Origin: Camelus dromedarius
Taxonomy: Eukaryota
Reading direction: 5' to 3'
Assembly (NCBI RefSeq): GCF_036321535.1
Contig: NC_087442.1
Span: 75,950,001 to 76,014,000, forward strand
Length of the DNA: 64,000 nt
Within the stretch, counting starts at the first letter, position 1. The number at the start of each line of letters is the position of its first letter. Shown piece after piece: positions 48,661-61,664 of the stretch. The notes beneath the pieces are model-generated. The model made no database searches, was not told the DNA's origin, and saw only the letters and a program-made list of their open reading frames with translations. The position numbers were made by a program, and so were the translations under genes.

Positions 48661-50104
48661 CAATCCCTCTCTGCAATTAGCCTTTCAGTAGTGACGTGTG
48701 CACTGTGTAAATTTTTCCTGTCCCTTTGCCTCTCCTTTGTTCCTGTATTTTGCCATTTTAGTATGTATTGGTGAAAGCAAAGCTAGAATAGTGAGGAAAC
48801 TTTGAAATGGCATGAAACTCACAGAAATCAGCATTATCCTTTTTTATTTTTGCTCCAGTTAAAGAGCTTGGCACAGAAGACAGACTTGCATATTTGGGAG
48901 TTTAGCTGCCCCAGATAACTGCCATTGACCCTTTATGGTGGAAAATCTGAAGTTGGTCGCATTGCCCATCCTAATAATCATAGTACTCCATTCTCCACGG
49001 AATGTTAAAAAAAATGAGTTAAGTAAGTATGAAAGACCAGATTTTGCTCCCAGCTGCACGTTTAGTGACTTTAATTCATAAGGCTTGAGTGCATACATCT
49101 GAGGAGAGAATTTCCTTCATAACCAATGTTCACTATGTCCAAATGTGTCACAGAGTAATAGTCCTGTAAAGCATATTTAACCTAGCAAATTGAGTCCAAA
49201 AGAATTTCTTTTTCTCTGTTATTTCTCACTTTGAACACTTTTTATCCACCTCAGAAAGCTCTTTCTCTGCTGTCATGCCTCACCACCTTGTCTTAGGATC
49301 TTTCTGTTCAGTATTTCTACTTGATGCAAAGGTCACTCCTGATGGTTAGAATAACTAAATCCTCAGGAGGACTTTCTTGTCTCTGGATTCCATCGAGGCT
49401 GAACCTCAAGCTCCTTCTGAATCCTCACCTGTTGCTCTCCTGTATCTCCTAGACACCCTTAGACATCACCAGTGCTTTTGCCTCTTGACCTTAAATATTC
49501 TGTAGCATCATTTGCTTCCTAAAAGGACCTGTTTAGACCTAGTAGACCTCAGAGGAATCTGGATGGACAAGAGGGATAAGATGGCAAGTCCAGACAACAG
49601 AGACGGTGTGGCAGTTGTCACTGTCCAGCAGAGACAAACAGTTGCACAAAGGGGAGGTGGACAGAAGGAAGACTTAAGGCCAAAAGCCAGCGGACGGGCT
49701 CCAACGTTCCATTGGCTGGCTAACCAGCACACATGTGCGTAGTCCACTCAGTGTGACCTGCTTAGGTCCCGGAGGCAGAGAAAGCAGCTTCAGTTTCATG
49801 ATGGTTCGGATGGAACGTGCCCAGGGAATCCCTTTGCTAGATCCCCCTAGTGCTGAGACACCTGTTCATTTCAGTGGACGTTCTCCCACGGCTGAAGGCC
49901 GTGGTAGCCTTGGAGAGATAGGGATGCCTTTTATTTTGATGGAGTAGGAGACAGTTGTCAGCCAGATTTATATTCATTAAACAAATATAAATTTCTATTC
50001 TCTGCCTTTTTTCTTTCTTCTTTTCTTTTTTTTTTTTTTTTTTTTGCCATTCATTCCTTCCTTGCATTCTCTTGTGTGGGTTCCATTGTAAATTTTCTAC
50101 AACA

Positions 50105-50340
50105 GTTAGCAGTATGGCCTCTGGAGTCAGATGCCCCAGGGGTCAATCTTGGCCGTTCCATTACTATCCTTGTGGGCTGTGGGTGTTACGTTTAACTTTA
50201 AGGACCTCAGTTTACTGATCCTCACTAATGGAAATGAGAATAGTGCCTATCTGATGAATTGATTGAGATTAAATGAGTGAATCCCCATCAAGACCCTAGT
50301 ATTAGACACAGAGTAAGCATTCATTGATTACTGTTCAGTC
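50105..50340 (+). mobile_element. MIR SINE
   Basis: gcctctggagtcagatg...cctcagtttactgatcctcactaatggaaatgagaatagtgcctatc...gagattaaatgag. Confidence 0.85.
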
Positions 50341-50514
50341 AACAACATTTGCTGTATGTTTTGCTGATAAGAGCGGTTTTTGGATTTGCTCTCCAGGGTT
50401 CTCCACACTTTGCATCTAGTCCACCAATACCCAGAGCCTGGGAGATTCACTGTAGGCACAGACAGCACCAGCAAGGAAGTGAGTTTAGATGAGCTGTGGT
50501 CCTCACACGGTCAT

Positions 50515-51060
50515 CACTTGTTCATCCATTCCTTTCAGTCAGAAAATATGTATCGAGCACCTACTGTGTGCTAAGTAAAGTTCTAGAAGAGAGAGATAAA
50601 TTTGCTAGACAAAATCCCACTTCTCCTGGAGTTTGTTTTCTGCTGGGGAGACACAGGCGATACATGATGTAAAAGACAAGGAAGTAGCAGATACTGTCAA
50701 GTGCTGTGCAGAGAGTTTAACCCAGGTGATATTAGAGACTATGACCGAGTAGCTATCCCAGGCCTAATGTTCAGGCAGGGCCTGTAAGCCAGAATCGGGA
50801 GGCAATGATCCAACAACAGTTGTGAGAAAGAATTCCAGGCAGTGGGAGGAAGGAGGAGCGGAAAGAAAGCCAGTTTGGACAGTACTGAGGGAGGGGAGAG
50901 GGGTATGAAATGAAGCTGGAAGGTAGGCAAGGGCCAGATCCAAAGGCTTTGTAAGCCACGCAAAGGAGTTCAGATTTCATCCCAGCTGTGATGGGAGCCA
51001 TTGGATGGCTGTGAACTGGGAGCAATGTAATCTTACATTTTTTAGTGTGCTTCCTAGCTG
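50515..51060 (-). mobile_element. L2 LINE 3' part
   Basis: cattcctttcagtcagaaaatatgtatcgagcacctactgtgtgc...gtaggcaagggccagatcc...ggagttcagatttcatcc...gggagccattggatggc. Confidence 0.85.
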
Positions 51061-51724
51061 TCTTATACCTTTCTCAACTGTCACCATGAACGGCTGGCCC
51101 TCTATGCTGAGGTGTTTATTGTCTTTGGAAGAAGCTATCCCATAGAGCCACACAGGAAGAGTGCTCAGCAGACCTAGAGGCCATCACATACTGCAGAGTC
51201 CACGGTCCTTTCGTCATTTGTGCTTTCAGGAGGTGACAAGATGAAAGCAGTGATTGAAGCAGGGAGACATCTGCCCTGAGAAATAAGGACCAAGAAAGGT
51301 AGTACCAGGGCTGCAGTGAACATGAAGTTGGGGTCCTACCTTCCTGCACCCTGTTTTTCAGTAGTTCTCTGTGCAGTCCAGGTCGGTCTAACATTACAAA
51401 AAAGTTTGAAGGTTTACCGCCTGCTGAACAGTGATGAGCCTGGTTGGCTTTGGGGATGTACCGCAAACTAGATCCTGAGAACACTGGGCTGTTATAGGTC
51501 GTGAGTCTGCACTGAGTCCCTTCTAGGAGCTGTGTCTCATAGAATGTTGATTTACTTCTGAGGACAAATGAAACTTGCGCCCAGTGTGGGGTCTGGGTTC
51601 TGGAGCTAATGCACTGTGTTTGGAAATAACCCCGTAGCCCAGTGATAGTAACGTAAGCATCTTTCCTAACATTTTGTGGTGATGAAGATTTCTCTTCCAT
51701 TAGGAAACTATCAATTCATATACA

Positions 51725-52350
51725 ACGAACACTGGGCAGGGAATCAGGGACCCCAGGTTCTAACCTCAGCTCAGACACCAAGGGGTTATTTTTAAAGTTT
51801 GGCGAAGTACTTTGACTTTGAACCTTAGTCTGCTCATCTCTGAAGGAAGGAACTTGGACCAACTCCACCTTGGATCATTCTCACCTCCCACACTTGATTG
51901 TCCATGTGCCATCATCCTGATTTCCTAGAGGCCCACTCCTGTGAGACGGTGGGGCTAAAGGCAGGGGCATCTGGTCTACCCTGCAGCTGATTGGCCCACA
52001 CAGGGATTGAACCTTTACCTTGGACTTCTTTAGCACCATTTCATTATCAGTTGAACCAGCCACCTCTGCAGTGAGAAGGAGTACAGCTTGAGTCAGTTCA
52101 TCTTCCTGACTAAACTGTATGCTCCTTAATGATACTGTAGTCACTAAGTTTTACTGAATGTTTACCATGTGCCTTATTATTATTCAGTCCTCGTAACAGC
52201 CCCATGAAGTAAGTGCTAGCATTATCCCCAATTTAATGCAGGAAACTGAACCTTGTAGAAGTTTAGCAATTTGCCTGAGGACGCAGCTCGAGCGTACCAG
52301 ATTTGAAACCAGGCTGACTCCAAAGCCCATACAGGAATTCAGCTGCCAAC
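51725..52350. mobile_element. MIR fragments (+ at about 51725-51880, - at about 52135-52350)
   Basis: gaatcagggaccccaggttctaacc...ttagtctgctcatctctgaa; and tttactgaatgtttaccatgtgcc...attatccccaatttaatgcaggaaactga. Confidence 0.75.
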
Positions 52351-52591
52351 TCCATGCCTTACTTACTTTAACATATTCACAATATATATCATGGTGTTTG
52401 ATAGATATTATTATATGTTCAATAAGTGATTGTTGAATGAATAAACATTCAATGATCAGCCTTCAATATTTACTCACACTGTTTTGGAGAAGCAATGTAA
52501 CCTTGCTAACCAGAAGGGCTTTACTCACTCTACTTAGACTTTTGTGCAGACTTACCCATGAGACTCTCCTCTCTAACCAGAACTTAACCTA

Positions 52592-53063
52592 TGTGATCAT
52601 TAATTTTATGAGTCAACTTTACCTGGCTCAGAGATGCCCAGATAGCTGGTAAGACATCATTTCTGGATGTGTCGTTAAGGTATTTCCAGAATAGAACAGA
52701 TTGAGTAAAAAAGACCACCCTCACCAATGCGAGAGGGCATCATCCAGTCTGTTGAGGGTCTGAATGGAAAAGAAAGTTGGAGGAAAGGTGAATTTGTTCT
52801 CTTGCTTCAGGCGGAACAGCCATCTCCTCCTGCCTTTCAGGAGTGCCTTCAGATTTAGCCTGGGACTTAACAGCCTCTGCTTCCCTGGTTCTCAGGTATT
52901 TAAACTCGGACTGAATTACGCCACTGGGTTTCCAGTTCTCAGTTTTGCGGATGACAGATCATGGGACTGCTTGGCATGAGCCATTTCTTACCATCAGTCT
53001 CTAACCTGTCTGTCTATCTGTCTCCTATTGGGTCTGCTTCTCTAGAGGACTCTGACTAATACA
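52592..53063 (+). mobile_element. MLT2 (ERVL) solo LTR
   Basis: tgtgatcattaattttatgagtcaact...gcccagatagctggtaag...ctcctattgggtctgcttctctagaggactctgactaataca; TSD accta / acctg. Confidence 0.92.
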
Positions 53064-53667
53064 ACCTGTATAAGGACTGATATATATAACTTAGATAAAT
53101 TATCCTGATATTCTGTGATTAGGCACATCTCCCCAGCCAGTTTAGCCATTTTTTGGAGCTATGGTTCCCAGCTAGAGAGATGGAGTGAGAAGACACTTGA
53201 GAACCACTTGAGGAGCTTTTTCAAACTACACAAGTTCCACCTGCAGTACTTCCCCTCTCTGACAAATCCTAATCCTGTCTGGGTAGGGGAGGAAATGTCT
53301 AAGATGACACAGGTTCCCAGGTGTTTATGCTACGTTTCCCCAGACAGTTCCTCCATCCCCAACCCCACACGCGCACCTCCCTTTAGAGGAAGTTAGTTCT
53401 ATCTCTTCATTTAAATAGTGGCTGATCTTCTTAGAATCTGAATTACGTGATGAGGCTTTGTATGGCTGACTTGTACGTAAAGACAGCCAGATTCCCACCT
53501 GTATTGTTTATAAAATATATTACATAATTATCCTCAGTACTTTACAGATGGGTTTTGACTGAAAATATCTTCCATATTTATGTTTCATTGCATCTTTTTT
53601 GGAATTCAGTGTCTAGTGCACAGTACATGGCTTACATTCAGATTTTCTTAGAGCATGATAAATGTTA

Positions 53668-53860
53668 CAGAACAGCACCATCCCACAGGACAGTGATGGA
53701 ATGTTTTATATCTGCTCTGTCCCATACAGTGCCCCAGACACACGCAGCTTCTGAGCACTTGAAATGTAACTGAGAAACTAAGTTTCTAATTGTATTTCAT
53801 TTTAATTAATTTACATTTAAAGAGCCACATGTGTCTAGAGGTTGCTGTACTGGAGTGTAC
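53668..53860 (+). mobile_element. MER3 hAT MITE
   Basis: gatggaatgttttatatctgctctgtcc...gagcacttgaaatgt...aattaatttacatttaaagagccacatgtg. Confidence 0.85.
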
Positions 53861-54699
53861 AAGTAAGGTATAAAGAAACATTCTTTCATTTTTCTTTTTA
53901 GTCAAAATAATATAGAACTAGGACCCATTCCATTTTCTTTAATCACTTTCCATAAAATCCAAAACAAAGACAACAACATGGCTATAAGGAGCCTGGAAGA
54001 ATTCTACCAGGCTTACATTTTCACTGGAGAATGAATTCTTAATGAAAAAGAAAATTCTGACCCAGGATAGATGAATGCAGGTAGGCAAGAAAGAGACACT
54101 CCCAAGGGGAGCTCCCTGGCAAATTCCTAGTTGTCTGTGTCTGAGACGCGGAGCAGAGAGAGACTGTCAAGGAAAGAGAAATTCCCCCTCAGAGGAAAAT
54201 CTAAATGTGTTTTTAGCCACCTGTCACCCCAGAGGGAGGACAAGATGGCAATGCTAAATTGTTGAGACTGTAAAACAAGGAACTTAGCTACCAGACAAGG
54301 CCAGCTGAGGTGTTTAATGTGCGTTTTAACTGATGGGACTTCATTCCTGAAATCCAGATGGTGGCTGATGCTGCCTAGGTGGGAACCTGAATCTCTTTTT
54401 GTTTTAAAAAAAACTAGCATTTTTATTAAAAAAAAAAAATACCATTCCATAAAAGCAGGATTATGCTGAGTATTCATCTAAAAGAAATATCAGAAAAATC
54501 ACGAAGTGACCCCAGATTCAGAAAGGGTGATGAGGCAACAGGAATACAGGACACACAGGCTCTGGTGCAAAAATGTGAACTAAAGTATTCATTCTGTACA
54601 AAAGAAGTGGCTGCCAAAGGAATGAAGGTAGAAGGGATATAAGCTGGGGAAGTTCATTCAGAGGCCCAGGGAAGAAACCGGAGATGAATTCTTAGCTAG

Positions 54700-54990
54700 G
54701 ACAATGTTTCTCAAATCAGGTTTCAGGGACATATGCTTGTGGGGACATGGTGGGGGTCTTTGGATTTAACAAGGGTATTTAGGTTTTGTGCTTTCATTTT
54801 GCCAGTTATAAAGATAAAACTTGTCTTTTTTCACTGAGACTTCTCAGTTGAAAATCATGTTCAAAGAAGATTTCATCTTTCTTAAGTAAATGTTTCTCAG
54901 ATGCTGGTTCAGAAAATTTATGATAGATCTTAGAGGATTATTTTCCTGTAAAGGGGTCCATAGTTTATTCAGTTTTAAGGATCAGTGACT
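54700..54990. mobile_element. Possible old hAT-Charlie fragment
   Basis: Starts caatgtttctcaaa (Charlie-like terminus); the interior is not confidently recognised. Confidence 0.3.
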
Positions 54991-55214
54991 GAGAGGCAGA
55001 CCACACACACACCATTTGATTTTTATCTTGGGGCGGTGGGGAGTGGGGGAGCCGTTTTCTAACTTTGCTCTTAGCTTGCTTATGAAGAAATTAAACCTTT
55101 CTAAACTCAGAGGGCAGGCCTGGCATACGCCTCCTATTATATTCCCTAATGGGTGTCCTCACTTGGGAAACTGTGCTCTTCCACTGCAAGTGGAAACCAG
55201 TGTGGTGGGGTCGG

Positions 55215-55350
55215 AGGTCTGCCTCTAACCCTGACTCTGCAGCAGGCTCTCACTTGTCCTTTCTGAGCCCCCGTTTCCTCATCTGTCAAGTGAAGCAGTG
55301 GACTGGATAGTTAATTCCCAAGGTCACATCCAGCCTAGATTTCTTCGGTT
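55215..55350 (+). mobile_element. MIR fragment
   Basis: ctttctgagcccccgtttcctcatctgtcaagtga...gactggat...cccaaggtcac. Confidence 0.75.
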
Positions 55351-57085
55351 CCGATAATAAATTGCAGTGACATCTTGCGTGTCTTCTCCGAAAAGCCTCT
55401 CAATTGAAAATCGTTTTCACTAGGACTCTCTTGCATTTGTGTTCCTTTCACTGTCCCCCTCCACCACGTGCCTCAGAGGCCCAGGAGGGGGATGCATTTG
55501 AAGGGGAAAAGAATCAGTCAATACTCAGCTTTCCGTCTATTATCCGGCTACCCCCTGGGAAGCGGGAAATTAAACTACAGAACCCAGTCTCCCAGGGCTT
55601 AGTACAAATCACCCAGATCAAACACAAGTACTCAGAGGGGCATTTGGGGTGTTTTCTATAAAGTCTGCAGTATGTTCATGAGGCAGCTGTTCGCTCAAGT
55701 GTGAGTAAATCAAGTGGAAACAGAAAAGCTACGTCTGTTTTTTATGTTTTGAGTATTATAGATAAAATTTCTTAATGAGTGGACTCTCGGACTACTGGTT
55801 GATCTTCCCCTCTGAGAGTGACACGCATGCAGTGAGCCCCCTGAACAGTCAGAGGTGTCCATACAAGCAGCGATGGTACAGGCCTGTCCGTGTCTGTAGC
55901 AGAGAGAAAAGCACGCTGGCCGTGCGTGTGCGTGGAACTGCCGCCACCACTGCCTTTTGGGAGGGGTAATGCTGCTCCTTGTCTCTGTGGGGTCCCCTCC
56001 CCCTCCCCCTTCCATGGAAACGTGTATATAAAGTCCGTCCCATTGCCTCAGCCACGATGGGAATTTCACACCTGTGGTCTGTGGGAGAATTCCTAGGGGT
56101 CAGAGGGATCCAAAGGAGGTTTGCTTGAGACCTGTGTAGTCAAGAGAGAGCATCAGAGTACCCGAAATTTTACTCAGACATCAGCCTCTCATCTGGCGAT
56201 AGAACCCATTCTTCTGACCTTTCTCTGGCACAGGCACCCCACTGAAACACAGCCTGACAGCTCATGCCTGGAAACGCCTGTCCTGCCTCGGGAGAGGACT
56301 GGGCCCTGGGACTCAGAGCAGAACCTAGCCACCATTGCTGTTGAACAAGGTGGAGTCCTGTGGCCTGGTGGGGTCAGTGACCCTCCAGGAGATGTGGCAT
56401 TGCTTGTCCCATCAACAAGAAAAATGGGACAGCCTCTGTCTCTTCTGTTAAAATGACAATCTTCTGGATGGCATGGAATGAAAGCCCTCCAAAGCAAGAG
56501 AATGACTTATTTGAAATGGTTCCCTTTGAAACCATCTTGAAGTTCCCATATTAGTTATAATTTGGCTACTTGCTTAATAATCCTGTTTAAATGTCTCGGT
56601 TGCTGCAATTCATTAGACCTGGTTTTTCCGTTTGGAAATCCCTTTGATTCTCGAAGTCTCCTCTGCCTGTTTCTCCCATTTGTAGTTTTGCCAGAACCAC
56701 ATTCTGATGATGTAAATAGCATCCCTGAGAAGAGGTGCTGAACAGATCAAGGTGTCTCTCTCTTCCAGAACCAAGGCACTGTCATCTGTGTCTTTGAAAC
56801 AGTACCTGTGATTGGGAAAGAGCAGAGTGTGTGTCTTTAAAAAGGCAGCCTCCCTGCTGGACAAAAGAGGCTTCGATCAGAACACCAGCAGCCCTAATCC
56901 GGTGGTGGTGGGGGGAGTTGGGGGCGGCTGTGCTTGACAGAGTGAGAGGCTGGCTGCCCGAGAACCCAGCCTGTAGGAACCCCTGGCCCAACTAGTAGCT
57001 GGGGTGACATGTACACAAAAAATATTGTCCAGGTTAAAACTGCTCAGAGCAAAGGCCTTTTCAGAGCTCAGCAATCTGTGGTTGG

Positions 57086-57112
57086 ACACACACACACACA
57101 CATACACACACA
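57086..57112. repeat. (CA)n microsatellite
   Basis: Visible directly; one CA>TA interruption. Confidence 0.95.
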
Positions 57113-58424
57113 CCCTGCTTGCTGGGAGAATGCACCTCTGTGGAAGCTGAGAACCACTACAGGGTCTGTGCTCCAGGGGTGGGCGTGCTCCCTGCCCAGG
57201 CGGCCCGTGACTCGCCCTTTCTGGCACAGGTTGGTTAAGTTCAGCCACTAAACAGACCCTGGCGTGTTCTTTGTCCTTCCCTCCTGTGTTCCAGCGGCTG
57301 AAAACTTCCAGTGTTGCTTTTACTTTTTCATTGGAATTGATGCATTTAGCACCCAACTTTCCACCTATAAAGAATCAGATCCCTTCATCCCAATGCTCAC
57401 ATCCCAGCAAAGGCCACCCCTATCCTCCCCACCTTTGAGGAAGTGAGTAAGGGCGTAAGGAAACTCGGAGTGACGGGGAGAGGCCCGCAGCATCCACTCT
57501 GGAAACCTTCTGAGATCAGTGATGAGTAAGAAGTGACACCAGCAGGTAACAGCCGGATGAGAGAAGTTAAGGAGAGTGGAGTGGGAAGCAGGAGATGGAG
57601 GCGTTCCAGGGGAAGGAATCGGGCATCCCTGGGTCGGAAGGCAAGGGCAGCCTGTCCGTCTGGGGTTCGTGGAATGCCACGTGTATTAAATAAGCTCTGT
57701 CTCTGTGTGCAGACACACCACTGGGAGATGGAGGTGGCAGTGAAGAACTTGCAGGGCACTGGTCCCAGCCATCCAGGGGCACAGAGTGTGATCAGCAAAG
57801 GCAGACTTGGCCCAGGTCCTCCTTGCAGCACTTTACTTACAGGTTCCTTTTAGGGTAAGGTCCCATTCTTTCCACAGGATCCTGCCAGGTGAGGTCAAAG
57901 CTGACAGAATGGTTCTGGGAAAGAACTGAGGAGAGAAGTCTGTCGTCCTGCGTGACTTGTGCTCACAGCCCACCCCACCCCACCCCCGTCCTTCCACTGG
58001 CACCTTTTAGCAATTCGCTCGCTATGTGAGGCACTGGGTGCAGGCGAATTAGAACATGTAAGGTGCCATCAACCCAAAGGGGAGAATCTAATGATGTGTC
58101 CACTGCCTTGAGTTGTCCCACATGAACCAGACCTCAGATTCTAATCAGTCTGTGTGTGTGTGCCATTGATCTTATTTTTCTTTCTTAAAAACCTACTCTG
58201 AATTGCTTTGGAATTTGAAATGATGGCCTCGGAGAATTATAGCAACACACGAGCCATTGCTCAACCCGTGCATTCTAACTCTGCCTTTTTTCTCCTGAAT
58301 GGGTTGATTTCTTCTATTGTTTTTCTTATGGGGCATCTAAAATTCTCACCGAGTCCTTGGTTTTCTGTGAACATCTCATCTGGATGGTATTACCTGAGGA
58401 AGGCAAAGGTCAAAATAACAGCAA

Positions 58425-58690
58425 TGATAGCTAATAGTTAGGTAATGCTTAGTATTGAATGGGACTGCTCCAAGTATTTCGCATGTATTACTTCACTGCC
58501 TCCTCACTACACACAGTCTTCTGAGGTAAGTGCTACTATTAGACCCATTTTATAGATGAGGAAACTGAGGCACAGAAAGATAAGACACCTGCCCAGGGTC
58601 ACACAGCTGCAAGTGGCAGAACCAAGATATGAAACCACAGTCTGGCTGTCAGAACTGCGTTTCTCACCTCTATGAATTGTCACCTGTCTC
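58425..58690 (-). mobile_element. MIR SINE, near full length
   Basis: aatgatagctaatagtt...cccattttatagatgaggaaactgaggcacagaaag...gcccagggtcacacagct. Confidence 0.92.
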
Positions 58691-59999
58691 TCTCTGCAGG
58701 CTAGGAATGGGATGGCCAGGAATAACATTGTTATTTTTAACCTTTAAAAATAAAGTGCGAGCTCTTGATTTATTTTACCTTTAACCATTCTGTTTTTCCC
58801 TCCCAAACTCTCAGATGATGGAAATGCTTAAAGCAAACTAAGGTAGTGTGAGACCACACCATGTAAGTGTGAGCATGGCTCCTCATGGGTCCGGCTGTGT
58901 TTTGTGCGCTTCTGCCTACCATTCCCGCATGTTTTTTCCGCTGTTCTGACTCCCGCTTTCGCCGCTTGGCACTGGGGCCGCATGAACCGTCAGTTTTAAG
59001 CCATAGATCTTATGTCTTTGTTCCTGATGTTGTTTGTATGTTTCTCTCTCCCACAATCCCCAGCACGTGGGTAAGAGCCAGCTCACATGCAGCTGTCAGC
59101 CTGGCACCTTCCAGGCAGGAGCTGGGGACCCCTGGGAGCTGCGTTGGGTTATTGCTCTCTGACAACAAACCCTCATCTTGTCAGCTTTTAGGATTCTGGG
59201 CATGTGTCCATGCTCTCACTGCAACATTCTCCTCTGCAGAGTGGAAATGTATATTGGCCCCTAGTGCTGGCCATGGTCACCCATAGTGAATCTTTGCTCT
59301 GCAGGGTTCTTCTGGGGCCTCCAGTCCAACCAGATTATTGTTCTGAGAGTCTTTGCGGGAGTAGGTGCTATGTGAAAATAAATAGCAGGTAACAGGGCTA
59401 AAATGAGCCCTGGAACAAAGTGGTCATCTTCTCATTTGTTTATTATTTTCTCTGTATTTGGGTGTATGATGCACACACATCCATATACTGCACAAACCTG
59501 TGATTCTGAAGGAGAAAGGTTAATAGTTTTTAAGCCAAATGTGAGTTATATTGGCTCTTCATTGTACACACACACAGTTCCTTTTCGTGTTCCTTGAATC
59601 TATATAAGCTATATTTCCACTTTGAATTTTGCATGTGATAAACTAGATTTCCAGAATAAATAAACTGGGGAGAAGGAATTTGTGCCCGACAGAGTATCCT
59701 GAGTTTCTGTACAGTCTTGCCCTCCTGCCCATGTGATTTTAGGGTTGGAACTTTCTCTTGTTCTCAATCTCCCTGAAGTTTCAAGTGCGTGTTGAAAGGG
59801 AATTCGTTAGGAAGAAACTTGACAAGTTAGTTTTCAGTGATGACAAGAATTTAAAATTTCAGGGGCTCTCGTGAGACGTGACTGAGCACTTAGTCTGCTG
59901 CAGTATTGAGACCCCAACCTGTTGCTTAGACACACCCAGAATTCTGGAGCTAAAGGGTCCTTCGAGATGGGAGATTCACCCCAAACCCCTTCATTCATA

Positions 60000-60275
60000 G
60001 ACAGTGACTAAGGCCTCCAGAGGGAAAATCACTTGGCCAAATGGGGCAGAGCCTGGATTCAAGCTCATTTCTCCTCTCTCCATCAAAGCATCTTCTCAGT
60101 ATGTTGTCCTACCTCATTCCTCCCTGGGAGAGAACCCCGTACACAGCCAGGAAGTGAACGAAAGTGAGGGAGCCAGCACCCCAAGAAAGGACCAAGTCCT
60201 GCCTCTGCTGTTAAATATCTGGGTGACCTTGGGAATCTACCCCTCTGGACCTTGGACTCCTTGTCTGTAAAATCA
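60000..60275. mobile_element. Two MIR fragments in opposite orientation
   Basis: cttggccaaatggggcagagcctggattcaagc (minus); tgggtgaccttggg...ccttgtctgtaaaat (plus). Confidence 0.6.
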
Positions 60276-61664
60276 CTTTGACAACAGCTGATTTCAGAAA
60301 CCACACGATGCTAAATTGGCTGCTAACCTGGGGCTGTTGTCCTGCAGCTTCCCCCAAGCAGTATTCATTTCTCACAGTACGATTGTGGAAAAAGTTATAG
60401 TCCGGCTGTGTAAATAGGGACAGCCTATGGGAGCAAGAGCCCTGTGAGCCTCTGTTCTTAACTGAGGAAGGACAAGGGCAGGAGGGAGAAGGTGCAGGTG
60501 AGAGGCGAGTAGCCTGCCCTCCTCTCCACAGACCTACGACACAGCCGTGGCTGCCCAGCTACGCTGATGTCTGCATTCTGGAGTTGCTGAAGTGCTAGTC
60601 TCCACTGCTCTCCCTTCCATGACACCACTGATTAGAGCTATGGAACTTACAGAGACTCAGTAGGTGAACGAAGTCACATTGTCTCCTTTCAGTGTATTGC
60701 TTACTAAGCTAACAGGGCCAGGGGAGTCTCTGAGGCAGTCTGAGAATAATTTGAAAGCCAGTTAAGGCAACAATAGAGACCCACACTTGCCAGCTTCCAG
60801 CAGAGTTTTGAGGTCCACTCCTTGTTCACATAAAATTATAGAAATACCGAGATTAACCAAATATGCAATGTCATTTTAACAGAGCTTTCTTTTTCTGTGG
60901 TAAATCCATGGCATTTTTATGATGAATCTTTCTTATAAAGCCAAGAATCATCACTGATTTAACATTTGGCCCATTTCAGTTTCCACAGATCAAGTTTGGC
61001 TTAACATGCAACTTTTTCCAAGACAGCCCATCTGGTCTGCAGCTGCCTTCCCTGGATCTGATGCTGATTCAAAGTTGGGTGGGAAGAGCAGGACAGGATG
61101 GGGGAAATCACAGAGGTGAATAACTTCCTGTGCACTTCTTAGGTTCTAATGCTGCTGGACAAAATGCAGCACTACAGAGAGCTGTGACCTCAGAAAATAT
61201 TACTGGCACAGAAGTTCAGCTCCAGCATTTTGGTGGAGTAGTGGCTTTTTGCGGGGAGCAAATCTGGCTGGAAGGGTTGTACTAGAGGACTCTTAGAGCT
61301 GCATTTGCATGGCACCTCACATAGGACTGAAAAATGCCAGTCAGCCATGTCACTGGGAGGGAGCAGCTGTTGGAAATCATGGTAAGGTTCCTGCAGGCCC
61401 CCTTGCAAGCATCATTGCCCTAGTGTTACCCTTCCTTCTCACATGATGACCATAGCGCTGAATGAAGGGGAAAATGACATCCCTGGGCAGCCGTGCAAGA
61501 CCCTTTGTCACATTGAGGATACTAGACAGGCAGGCAGCCGTCATGAGCCCCCCACCTTACTTTTCACTTTGCTGGAGAGCCCAGGAGGGTGGAGGAAAGC
61601 ACTTTTCAGGCTTCATCCTTCCAGGTCCTTCCTGGCCCCTTCCCGGGGTAATCATTGTCCTGCT

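Noticed and set aside
18805-51500. C/D-box snoRNA-like RTGATGA...CTGA pairs near 18805 and 51430
   Set aside because: No terminal stem and no recognisable rRNA/snRNA guide; such boxes arise by chance.
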